Origin: Balanoglossus misakiensis
Lineage: Eukaryota; Animalia; Hemichordata
Assembly: GCA_040954595.2 (NCBI GenBank)
Contig: CM082576.2
Span: 8,621,129 to 8,685,128 of the forward strand
Reading direction: 5' to 3'
Length of the DNA: 64,000 nt
Under the pieces are notes generated by a model. That model was not told where the DNA came from. It ran no database searches and worked only from the letters and a program-made list of their open reading frames with translations. The stretch's first letter is position 1. Every line of letters starts with the position of its first letter. Positions 27,031 to 39,100 of the stretch are shown here, one piece after another. The translations under genes and the position numbers were made by a program.

Positions 27031-28716
27031 GTACATTTATGTATACATTTAAAACAATCCAATTAAACGATACATCGCGTAATTTAACTATCTGTACCAC
27101 CAGCAAAAAAGTCGTTTCTTCAGCTTCCTTTCAGGTGAATGCCTTGGTCGTTTTCAAAAGTATAAAAAAGGAACCCTGAAATTGACAGCTGACACCACAC
27201 TCTTAATATATATAAATAAGCACTGCTATTAAAACAGTGACAGTTTTGACACAATGCAGCTGACATTGCCGAAAATATTACTGATTTTATGAAAGACTCT
27301 GTACTGAGATAGAATATCCTTGGACAAAGGATAAGTGTGAAGCCTAGAAGCTATATATATAATACCTAGATAAAAGATCGCAGATATCTGTCTTCCGAAC
27401 AATATATCATCGTAGAAGGTCTCGCCCCCGACAGATAAACTACTATTCTGACAGATATGTTGCCTTGTTAGAGATGCAGACGTTTCTGCAAACGCAGCAC
27501 ATGAAATATAGAATGAGGCATTGTTATACGGGCTGTACATCGCACAAATCAAGCAGACGACATATTCTAAATGACTGTATTTTTAGACCCAGCCATTGGG
27601 AAGATTAAAATGAATCTCGACTGAAATAACTAGAAGTGACTCACGCAGTCTTGGTTCTTGGATTAACACTGCTGGTCGCATCTGAAGTATCGTGAACCCT
27701 GACCTGCCCTCGATTCCATTCGAGAGTGAAATTAATTAAAATCACTATTTAATTGAAATTACGGGGCGTTATAGGGTCTGAATTGTACGTAGGCGTGATC
27801 GGAGTGATTTAGTGCAAACACACTACAAATGTATGCCTTTGTCTGTGTATTAAGTATTGGTGATAATTTATCCGTTCGAGGCGAAAGGCCGTAAAAGCAG
27901 TCCGGTGATTAAAACTCGTTAAAGTGATAGGAATAAGCTAACGAATTTTGCTTTAGTGAATCGACCGAATTTGATTAATTTCACACTTGATTCAATCTAG
28001 TGGGAATTTTATACAAAAGGGCTCATCTCCGTAATAACATATGAATGTAAATGTTATGATAGTTCGCAACAACAAGTTTTATGCATCCACATTCACAATT
28101 GACATCCCCAAAAAATATCCCGCTGTTGGTCAGGCTGGTTGCATTGTTGTATGATCACAATAAATAGACTAATAAATAGGTCGACTAATTGAACACCAAA
28201 GTGAATTATGAATCGTGTCACGTCCCCGGTTGCAACTGTCCTGGATGTATATATTTACATTCGTGTTCTTTTTTGTTTGTTTGGTCCCAGTAATGTGTTA
28301 AATTTGTTCAGGCTATTTATATCCCGTGACCCGTCGTACTGTCCTTGCGTTGCCGTGCGTTGTCCTTGCTGAAAAATGTGGCGTGATCTCTAAATAGGCT
28401 GGCGATGTATCTGTGGTCAAAATCTCTACTCCGCGATGCACCCCTCTTCATCTGACAGCAATTCTGTTTGCCGAACCGTTCAAAGGTCGATTTTCAACGG
28501 CGATGAACTTTGTTGGGGGTTGCCCTTGCCAGCCAAGTCCAGATGGTGCAAGCTGGCCATCCTGTCCAGAAGGCATACGGTATCGAGATTGTGACCACCA
28601 TCCGCGCCGTTGTCTTTTTTACTCTTTGTCTATATTTTCTTGGGAGGGGGAAATGGTATAAGAAACCCGCATGAGTCCCCAAAGAAGATGTAAATACTCC
28701 TTGTTAGCCTTCTCCG

Positions 28717-28905
28717 TTAACCATAACCGCAGTCCGTGTTTTTACTCGAACACTTTGTGCAGGAGCAGCGCCTGGCATTTGTGTAGACAAACGTTCTGTT
28801 TACCCCCGGGTCGCAGTCTGCTAGGTCGACTGACATCTCTTCTACTAAGTCGTACTGACACATGCTGTGGTTGGATGATGTGTAGGGGGGTTGAAGATAT
28901 GGTAC
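28717..28905 (-). CDS. GPB5: Glycoprotein hormone beta-5 copy A, coding exon 2 (VPYLQPPYTSSNHSMCQYDLVEEMSVDLADCDPGVNRTFVYTNARRCSCTKCSSKNTDCGYG-stop)
   Basis: Acceptor ttctttttaAG (28906-28907), phase 0. GPB5 motifs P-x-L-x-PPY, H-x-x-C-x-Y, DCDPGV and C-x-C-x-x-C-x6-C. TAA at 28719-28717. Absent from the ORF track. Confidence 0.94.
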   Translation of the reverse strand, partial: VPYLQPPYTSSNHSMCQYDLVEEMSVDLADCDPGVNRTFVYTNARRCSCTKCSSKNTDCGYG

Positions 28906-31900
28906 CTTAAAAAGAAGAACACAGAGTTAACAGTGAGATCAATTGTAGGGCTGAACCACTTGGTGTTTGCTAGAGTTACATTGTTCAGTAGGATGGCATA
29001 GAAAACAGGAACGGAATTATTTCAAATTTAAAGAAAAGCATAGAAAAGACATTAATAATGTCCCTTTGTAGCAAATAGCCATTAGTATTATCTGAAAGAT
29101 GTGTGTGCCCCTAGTGCGTTAATACCATATATTATCAATCAATCCATAAACTCATTAATTGAGAAGTGATGATTAATGATGGTTTATGAATAATCGATAA
29201 TTATGTTACCTTAAGGTTTGCTGTCAAGGAAATTATGTTTGGCCGAAGGCACATGTTTAATGACTTCAGTGCATTACAATTTTATGTATATTAATATCTC
29301 CATAATACTCTCAAGCTACAGTTTTCGACGAAACTTATATGGTGAATATTAAAAGTATAAGAGAAAATTTGTTTACTGATGTGTTTTTTTCACTGATGGT
29401 CCGGAGAGAGATAACGTTCTTGTAAACTACACACTTGACACGGTGTGTTGAATACGTGTGTCGACGAGACGAATAAACGTTTTGCTACGGCGTGGTGAAT
29501 TTGCTCTTTCAGCGCACGTACAAATGCCCAGCTTTTAAAACCGTAGAAGTACACAATTACTTGAGACACCGGAACAACCGCTAGGTGTGCAAACACCAGC
29601 ATGGGGAGCTCTGACGATTTTTTGTCTGGCATATATGGTTCGCGAAAGACTATATTACAAGATAAACTTTCCTACTGCTACATTTTGGTGTTTCTTTTCA
29701 TTTCCCCCAAAACTGCGTATTTGATTTTCTTCTTTTCACGATTGCGTACATCCGAAACGATTGTATAGCGCAGATCCGATGCATGCCCTCCGGCGAATTT
29801 CCGTCGGAGCCTTCATTTTGTAACTCTGCGTCTTTCTCCCAACTCTGGTATCGGATTTATAACTGAGCTATCGAGTGGCAAGGAATCTTTGGTGCATGTA
29901 AAGCGGTTGAATGTTGTTTAAGTGAAAATAAACCGATTGTCTTTCCTTTTTCAAAAGTCTGGTAAACCACTATCCCCTCTCTAGCCATCTCTCTCTAAAG
30001 GGACCGGCTTGAAGCTTGACAAAATCATTGACCAAATTTACAAGTTTTATTGGTACTCTGTAGGTAGGCCTATATCTTTTCTCCAGTTTTGAGATCTTCT
30101 ACCTCGCAAAAAAAAATCAAAACTCGACAATCATAAAAACAGGGACGCATGTGGTTTTTCTTCGATAATTCGAAGTGAATTCTTTCATTTGTGTCCACAA
30201 AATCGTACATTTGAATCAAAGAACCGAATGTAGGCATTTATGATAATTTGACCTTTATTACCCGCACTTTAACTAATTATTATTGAGTATGAACACCATA
30301 ATTGGGGAAATGTGAAATTCTATACTTTTTAACCTATCTTATGGATATCATTTCCTAGTATGGAGTTCATCGGGTAAATCACCGCCAAAGAAATAAACAA
30401 GTTTAATGGGATGAGTATCCATATGAGTTCTGGAGGGAAATTGATATCCCTGATTTTATCTCACATAATCTTATTTCAAAACAGGATCAACGACTTTCCC
30501 AATGTCGATACCTGTAAATCATGAATTGTTAAAAATGGAAAGATAAAGATCAGGCGTATTCTGAGAAGTGTCATTCAGCTTGGTCCGATAGGATAGCGGA
30601 GCGCCACATTCATAAGAATTCACTCCTACTGGGTAAAGCCTGAGGTTATCTATTACCCTGTCGTTCGTTGACACCGAATAAAGCCATGCCGCTGATTCAT
30701 GGGATATTACTCTGGTCTTTGATTTACTTTAACGTAGATCGATGACCCGCTTAAATGTGACCGAAACTTCATAGGTCTAGTCAGCCAGACTACGGAGCTT
30801 GCGATGTCCTCTACCAGAACAGCATAGGCGCGGCAACACCACCCGGAAACGTGCGACAGGATTTACAAAGGGCAATGTTACATTTAAGGATTTCTTGTAT
30901 AGTCCAGGTGGGAAATGATTCGAAAGCTACTCTGCCAGATAAGGGGCCGTTGTGATAATTAAATCAAGCGCATGACACACGCACGAACAATGTGACTCTG
31001 TGACTTCAACACCCCCAAGTTATACATTGGCCCCCTCTCTTCAATTTTCCCCTTAACTTGATGAAGGGCAAATTTCATATATTCAACAACTGAACTGAAC
31101 CGTTCGGTATCAGATTTTGGCGCGCCCTTCAGGTGGGTTATTTAGATAGATAGGCCTAGCGATTCAGTATTATTCATTTTCGAAATTGACTGGTTTCTTC
31201 CATTCATCACTTACACTACTTGGCTGATATGATTGTTCGCTCTCTCTTGATACTAGTATCTCTTCTATCATATAGATCCCATTTTCGTTATCTTGAACCA
31301 TCCGATTCAATATCTATAACATGTTACAATGTTGTCGACGTGTTTCTTGAAACGTTATAAGCCTAATCTTTAATTTACATATTCTGCTCTTAAAAGGTTA
31401 TGGTGGTACTGTGTGTATTATATAGGTCTGGTTGTACTGAGTCAGTGTGTAATGTAATGAAATAATTTGCCTTAAGGTTTGTCTGAGCAAGTTCAATATT
31501 TCAAACATCGGTCTGTTCTACAAACGATTAACCAATCCAACCGTTCAATGTGCTCAATAAACATATAACGCAGGTACCGTATTTGAGGAAGTTACACAGT
31601 AAAAATCTCTTTTATATTCGTTTACTGAACGCAACCCTCTCCCCCGAATGATTACTTCCTGAGAATAATTAAGTCTGCCTTTCTACCCATGTATCAAATA
31701 TATATTAACAAACACACGGCATTGTACCATACACAGTGTGTTCTGCTGACATAATAGAAAAATGTCGTGTTTTGGTGTATTTTTCATAGATTTCCAATGA
31801 TCCCAGAATTAGGTCGATTTCGTGGCGCCAGGATCACTAACCCGTTCTGAAAATAAAGCCTGTCTCGACTTAAACAATCGCCAAGCCTCGTTAAAACACT

Positions 31901-32639
31901 TTATTTGCTTCAAAATATGATCCATTCTAATTTTGTAGAATTTTGGTAATAGGATGAACATGCTTTTAAGTCATTTAGCCGCAAATATTGCACGAATACA
32001 AACGGATGTCAATGAATACAAAGACTTGTGCGATTTTACAATTTTCCGGGAGTTTTCTTTTTTTGAACGAGGGCACAAAAGCAGCGCGTTGTAAATTTAT
32101 AGAGTCCCAAACCAGATATAAGAATATTTTGGGTCAACAAAAGAATGTCTGACGTTCGACGTTGCCTTTAATGAAATGAAAGTTGTGAGTCAACGTCCGC
32201 TGAAGTTCAAGTGTTTGATTGCCTGCATGTCAAACAGGGCGGGTGTAATTGGATGACTGATGCTCCCAGGTTTGCGGACCTTGCGAGTTTTTGGCCCAGA
32301 TTAATCCTGGCTAATTGCACGGACGTTCCGCGGTGTCAATATCAATGAAGACAAACTGCAGGTAGAGTCGCCAATCAATGATTCCAAATTGAAATTTTAT
32401 TCGGCGATGATTTGCCTGTTTTTACACCGGATTCAATAACGTCAATATCAGTTTTCGTCCGTAGCGCCACAGGCGCCAGGTGTACTTACAATTCATCTAT
32501 TACTTTTGCAGGCAGGAAGTGAGAGGTTTGTGCCTATATTACGGCGACCTCTCCCCTTCATGCGAGCAGCCCGATCGATCGCGCGCGCGCCGCGTCCTTT
32601 TCGTACGGGGGAGGGGGGGGGGGTAACGCGCAGGCTCAC

Positions 32640-32855
32640 CTCGGAAGTTTGGCACCTGCCCCAGCATGCGTCAATGGTCAATCTTTGGGGTTTACATCCG
32701 GGCTTCAGGGCTATGTAGTTGTTGAACTCTCGCACGAGGCACGACAGCGTGGACGCCGGGCTGATGGAGGGTGCGCAGTGAACGAATGTTGAATGTTCTA
32801 TCATCAGGAGGATGTACACAGATAGTAGAGCCAACCTCGGCCTCCGCTTGTCCAT
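32640..32855 (-). CDS. GPB5: GPB5 copy A, coding exon 1 (signal peptide + CLVREFNNYIALKPGCKPQRLTIDACWGRCQTSE)
   Basis: ACCATGG start, signal peptide, hallmark GPB5 motifs C-x-VREF, KPGC and DACWGRC-x-T-x-E. Donor GAG|GTGAGC at 32639. An acceptor tttctacAG lies 7 nt upstream of the ATG. Confidence 0.96.
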
Positions 32856-35800
32856 GGTAACGCTGTAGAAAGTAAAATAAACAATAAAAAGCCACTGTTG
32901 AGAAAATTCAAATTATCAAAATCAACACTACCAGTTGAACATTATCCACACAATTGGAAGAGGGTACGCGAAGAGAGGGTATGAGACGCCGTTTACAAGA
33001 TTCACTCCACCCGAACAATTAATCTTTCAACAGTCCCACCTCTGCGCTTCAGATTATCCGACTTCCATCACGCGTTAGGAAACAAATAACAGGAGACAGT
33101 TTCTGAAGCAAAACACGATGCTCTGCGCCGTGAGTGACTGTCGGCATATTTAATTTCCGCTGCTTTCATCAACCTGCTTTATTACCGTGCGCCCGAGAAA
33201 GTAACGGCGATAAAGGTCTCCATCAGCTTGTTCCGGCCAGGCCGTGGCACTAATTCCTCGGCTTTTTTTCTGCTACGGCCTCCCAATTCCCGCTGGGTCG
33301 AAATCTATTTCAGAACTGAGACGCCCCGATAAAATTGTACGTCTTCGGGTAGACGCCTCGTATAGCGTGCGCACGCGAAGCCTTCAAGTTCGCGTTGAAT
33401 ACAATGCACCAGTCTTTTAACTCCTGTGTGCGACTCTCACTATAGATGGAAGGTACAGATTTATCATTGAAACGGGGTTCCATTGCTTGAACTCTTTCGC
33501 ATCGCCTTTTGAATAAATCCCCTTTCCTCTGATTCTCAGTGTCAGTTTCATTTAATCTCACGGCGCGGCGCGTCCTGGTGCACGCAACCCCCCCCCCCCC
33601 CCCCCGCACAACGAATTGAATCAATCTGAATTTCGATTAACCCAGTTGCTTCCATCGTATCTGTGCGACGCTACGCAATGCTTCAACTCAATATTTCTTT
33701 TTGGTCTTTCAGGCCACGCTCGACGCATACCGACTCCTCGAAATTGATGTGCACAGTCACGTAGACACAGAGCAGGACTGAAATTAGGAATAACGATGCT
33801 TATTTTGCCAATGCAGCAGTAAGTGCATTTTACACCACGTACTTCCGCGAAGCACTGTTGTCTGTCTTTTCAGAACGAAAAGCTTGGTGACAGCAAAACC
33901 TGCTGTCCGCACCTTTCTGGGGGCGCGGAGGATAATGCTTTACAGTGGTTTCAATGTGCCTTCTGGGAATTATTTACTTTTGTTAACATTTCTATGAACG
34001 CATATATTGATTCCACACATCAATTCCTAAACGCTGTCACGGACATTGAACTATTATTTTGTGAAGGTTTATGATAATCTACAGAATAAGAATATCAAAC
34101 GAGAGTTATTTCTGTTATGCGATTCCTACATTAGCCGCAAGTTAACTTACGCGCCATTGGTTCCTCCTTTAAATGTAAACAAAAATCAGCGTGAAAACGT
34201 AAATGTTTTCTAACATCAGCAACCTTGGGCTCAGTAACTTTTAGCCGAAATTCCTCAGCTGGTGTTTGAAATATATCAGAGAAACAAACTTGGTTTTAAC
34301 CACAGATACTGTCGCCCAGATGAGTAAGTCAGTGGTAGGGACACGTAGGCGGGGCTACGCCCACGTGTTCCAAAAGACTCGGCTCTTACGTTTTAGCCGT
34401 CACCATGGTCACAAACAAACGCCGCCTGAAAGCACGTCAGTTGGAGGTCACCACCTCCAACGCTTGACAGGTATAGAAGAAGCAGAAAATGCTAGGTCCC
34501 CGGGGGACGCCGCGAAAACACGCTATCAGTTCACTCGACACTCATCACCAGTCGACCCACTTAACAAGAAGTGACCGCGAATAAAATGTGTGAAATGATG
34601 AACACTGCTTGGGTGGAATTGAAATCTGGAGATGCGTTGGAGATGCGCTTTCGCTGTTGCCATGCCATTACGTCACAGACCTCCTAACAATTTCACTTCT
34701 CTTCAACACTAGTCACCCACTTTCCGGCGTCTGGTGGCCAATTAATGCAGGTGTCGCTGCTGCCCTCGGCTAGTTATTCATCGCACTTTAATTGTTTCCA
34801 TAAAAAAATGTCTCAAGTATTTACCGACCAAATACTCTAATCACATAGTAGTCCCGAAATACCGGATAACAGTATGTACAAACAAAACAGTGCATGTACG
34901 TGTGTGGTACAGTGTGATCACACGACTTTGTGAAATGTTGCGTCACAGTGACGTTTGATAGAGTTGGTTCAGGGGGGCTTATAGACGTGTGTGATTAGAG
35001 GAGAATGTCTCTGGAATGAATTCTACCTGTGTTACGATGTCCACAGGCACCGAGTCACGTGCTTCAAGGAAGGGTGTGGCCCTGTCCAATGTACATCTCA
35101 CGTGAACGTGAAATGTTGCAGCCCGGATAAAAAACCTTGCCACGTCATACAGTGTGCCAACAAAGCTAGCCTCACGCATTGACTTCGGCATTCGGGGATG
35201 CAACTAATTGTTTAAGATTCAACATAGCATCACCTCTGTTATTAAACGGCGGAAATGCACAAAAATCACATCACATCACATAATGACATAGCTCACTGCT
35301 ATTAGCCATAGAGAAATGGTAAAGCGACAGTTTTATTACTGAATCTCAGATGTTGGCACACGTGATATGAATAAAAATTATAGGTGTAATCTCAATCGTC
35401 GTTAAACCTATACGTATCGCCCACATAAGCAATTGTTTTCCAACATTCATAATTTTCTGAAATACCGCTTGATCGTTTATTATTATATTACCTCCTGAAG
35501 TAAAACATCAACAAATGACTATCAATATACATGTAGTACGTTGCACTGTTCCTAGGCTAATCCCGGAGACACTCCGTGTGTAGGATCTCTTGGCCCTACA
35601 CGGACTCAATATCACTCCAAACTTCAAACACTTGAGACACTCGTACTTGTATGTAATCCATAACCATGAATAAAGTTCGATGTTCTTTAATGCACACTGG
35701 TTTCCGAATGTTTACATAACTTTTGCGTACATATAGCGAATTACGGACAGCAAATTACGGTTCTAAATGAAATGGGAAAAAGGGAAAAATAGGAAACTCA

Positions 35801-36026
35801 AAGAAAGTACATTTATGCGTTGTCAAATACACAAAAGTAAATTCAATAAAGTTCTAGAAAATTCGATGAAATAAACGTGACTGCCACGCCCAAGAAACTA
35901 CAAAATGATGACGTGGCCGTAGTAATGACACGTCGGGAATTCACAATGAAACTGCTTGCTTGAAGTTCCACGAAAGTTGCATCCAAAAACGGTATGCGAA
36001 ATAATTGACAAACTTGACTCGCTTAC

Positions 36027-36184
36027 CTCAGATAGTGACGCCTTTGGGGTGATACCGAAGCTGCTGACGTTGACTCAACGAAACGACAAAATTTAACCAT
36101 ACGTGTACGACGCTGAAACCCGCGTCCGTACAACATCACTTTGGACTGAGTGAGTGCGGACAAACTTTCACCGCTACTTATATA
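36027..36184 (-). promoter_or_regulatory. Candidate core promoter and first exon of GPB5-A
   Basis: Minus strand: TATATAAG (36184-36177), Inr-like TCACTCAGT about 31-37 nt downstream (36153-36145), and a strong donor GAG|GTAAGC at 36026 that could pair with the orphan acceptor at 32863. No transcript evidence. Confidence 0.3.
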
Positions 36185-39100
36185 AACCTCATTTACATAG
36201 CAGGTGGCATACAAAATGTCAGCCACCAATAGAAACGCAACAGTCAGCACTTACACCGTGTGTGTGTATCTGAGGCACGAGGCTGGCCACATATAAACAG
36301 TATTGGGTCTTTCAAGAGCTAATGACCTAACCACCATTTGAAACTAACCTCGTAAAATGACTCGATCGTAAATACGATATAAGCTAAATATGCTCATGCG
36401 GTGCGATTAAGACTAGATGTGCCAATGAGCCATCAATTGTCTCGAAACTCATCACTGCCTTTCTATACAGTAACCATCACTATTTTCCTTCTTGCAATTT
36501 GTAAATTTGGTCATCATTTTCCGTGTTGGTTGTTGCGTCTTTCCTCAGTACGGTCAACTCGTAAACACGGTGTCATCACTTTCTTTTGCATGGCAACTCT
36601 TGTTGCTATAGCCACCACGAGAAAAAATACGCGCCATCAGATGTACAACGATTGGTATTCCGAGGGACACGCGACAACGTTCATCCCCCGAAGATTGATA
36701 TTCGTGCTGCGGTCGTATATTCAGGGCCTGATGAAGTTCTGGCCATTAGGGATGCGTTACACAGCTGTTTCGCCTTAACATCGGGCACTTGATGAACGAC
36801 TAGAAGATGGCTGGAAGGGGCTTACCTGGCATGTGCCCGGTGATTTATTTGACCAATTAATTCGACACAATTAGCGAGCAATCGATTTTAATTTCATCCA
36901 ATTAAAGGCTGCGCCCTGCATGAGCGGGCTGGCCCCACCGACGCTACAAATGTGAACAATCTCTGACCCCTTCACTCGAGCAATGATGATCCCCCCACAC
37001 ACACACACACACGCCCAGGTTTTATGTATCAGCCTGTGGCTTATTAATCCTTGGTAAGATTTTTCCAAGTATAGCCGCAGAACAATGTCGTGACTGGCTT
37101 CTACTGAAGCATATCAGATGGCCTTTCGAGTTGAGTTGTGCAACTGATGTAACATTTGTTTTTTATGTTTACCGAGGGGACCTCGAAACACCGACGGGCC
37201 AGTAACCTCACATGGTGATTATGACATCTATCTCCGATAGGGTGTGTGTAGTGTTCATTGTGGCAGCATGATCCTATTGGATTAAAAAATCCGCCGAGGG
37301 GCTTGCATTGGATATTTGGCGCATTAGGTCTTATTGCTCTCTGTGCTAAACAAGCCCGCAGCTGTTTTTTTCTTCATCTTCGAGATATTACATGTTTGCT
37401 GGTCTGAATAGTACTAGTATACGTACATGTTACCTGTCGAGGGCAACAATCTCCGAATATCAGCTGTTTTTGCCCCACGAGATGCTGGGGACAAAAGTTC
37501 GTGCTTATTTAAACTATCGACACACCTTTTCAGTCTCGCGGAAGCCGAGCGGTAAAATCGCGGAACAAGTGAGAACTGGAATGCGTGATGGTGTTATACA
37601 AAGATACGAAGACATGCGAAACGAGACTTTGGCGCTCCCAGATTTAAGCACACCGTGAAACCAAGCTTTTCTCGACAAGGTCGACGCCAAAGAGTCTAAT
37701 TTGCCGACTGTTCGTAAGTCTAATATCACACTGGAAACTTCCATGGATTTTCACAATCATCGCCGCTTTGAGCAATAACTAACTAAAAAGAACTGAAGCT
37801 ACAATATGGATGATGACCTTTTCCTTCAATACAACATAAGTGCCAGTGCTTAGCAATCAGACTATTTTCGAACGAGCGACATTGTCTCTTTCGAGCGGCT
37901 TTCCGTCGGCAACTAGCTCTGAGCAGGCCGTTCGACTCTGAGAATAAAAACCCCGTAACATCAGTTCAGTCGCTAATGTTGCCTCTATAGAATACAAATA
38001 TGTGTTGAAAACCGACGACGTAATTGCAATCTTCAATTGCAAGTTTTTTTATGAGAATGGAAATCCTATCCCTGTCGCACGTTTTCCGTGAAATTAAAGC
38101 GTGGCGCTCAAGTGGCAAGGGAGTTTTCAAAATCTCGGGGCGGGGAGGGGGAGCAGCGACGCCATGTTCATGCAGGCACGAGGCTGTTGAAAATGCTGAA
38201 ATAATTATACATTTTCACACCTCGTTCGAGAAACAGCAGAATTACTACCAAGTAATTTCCCTTTCTATAAGGTCCCACTGTGTACATTGCTTGCAACAAG
38301 GTTTGTGCTACATACCTGTTCGGTAGGTACCTCCTCACGCAGTGAAATGTCACGGATAACCGCATAATCAAATGGCTGTAACATAGGGACAGTTCGCGAT
38401 TATATATAACAGGATTGATGTGTCCAAATTTAAAATTACAACCTACGTAACGACGTGTGATTAATGAAAGCCTCATCACTTCTCATTGAAGCGAATCAGT
38501 GGGCGTACAAGGCCCTGAGTGAAGTTGGTACTTTAACTTTACGCGTTTCAGGAATGTTGCTTTATATTCATTATTGTCGAACTGAGTAAAAGTCACCCTT
38601 TTCAAATCGCGAAATATGTGCGAGGGGAGGGGCCACTCTTCCGGTCTTACCAAACATTTACATTTACTGAGCGAAAATCAAAGTGCCGCATGCTCGAAAT
38701 CATACAGTTCCTGTGGAAACACCTTTTGGCGTTTCCCTTTAAATTGCCGCTGATTCTAAATGTTTCACAATATTAAAACGACTGTATGCATTAGAATGGG
38801 TTTAGAAATGGGCAATGTAACAAAATTGTGTTGCGTTGGACCCAGTCAACCGTCTCCTGAAGTCAATGGTATACGCATGGATAAAAGTAGCAATAAATTG
38901 TCTGCCATTATGTACACTTTGCAGCTTGCTTCAGCACAAATTGTGAACGCAGTCATGAAAGTCACGCATGCGTAGTTACATGTACGACGATGGCTTCTCT
39001 TTCAGACGTGAGGCACACTGTGTATACCGAAGGATTCAAATTGCTTCTAAGCAACGGTTGCTAGGGATAATTTTCAAAATCAAATCAAAATGCAAAGCTT

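Noticed and set aside
33587-33605. Long poly-C/G runs here and elsewhere (about 5085, 8471, 11545, 32607, 51994) as G-quadruplex elements
   Set aside because: Simple homopolymers scattered without positional pattern.
34991-35182. Cys-rich 63-aa ORF between the two GPB5 genes, a possible further cystine-knot exon
   Set aside because: No CxGxC/CxC knot spacing, no signal peptide, GTG start and no convincing splice sites.
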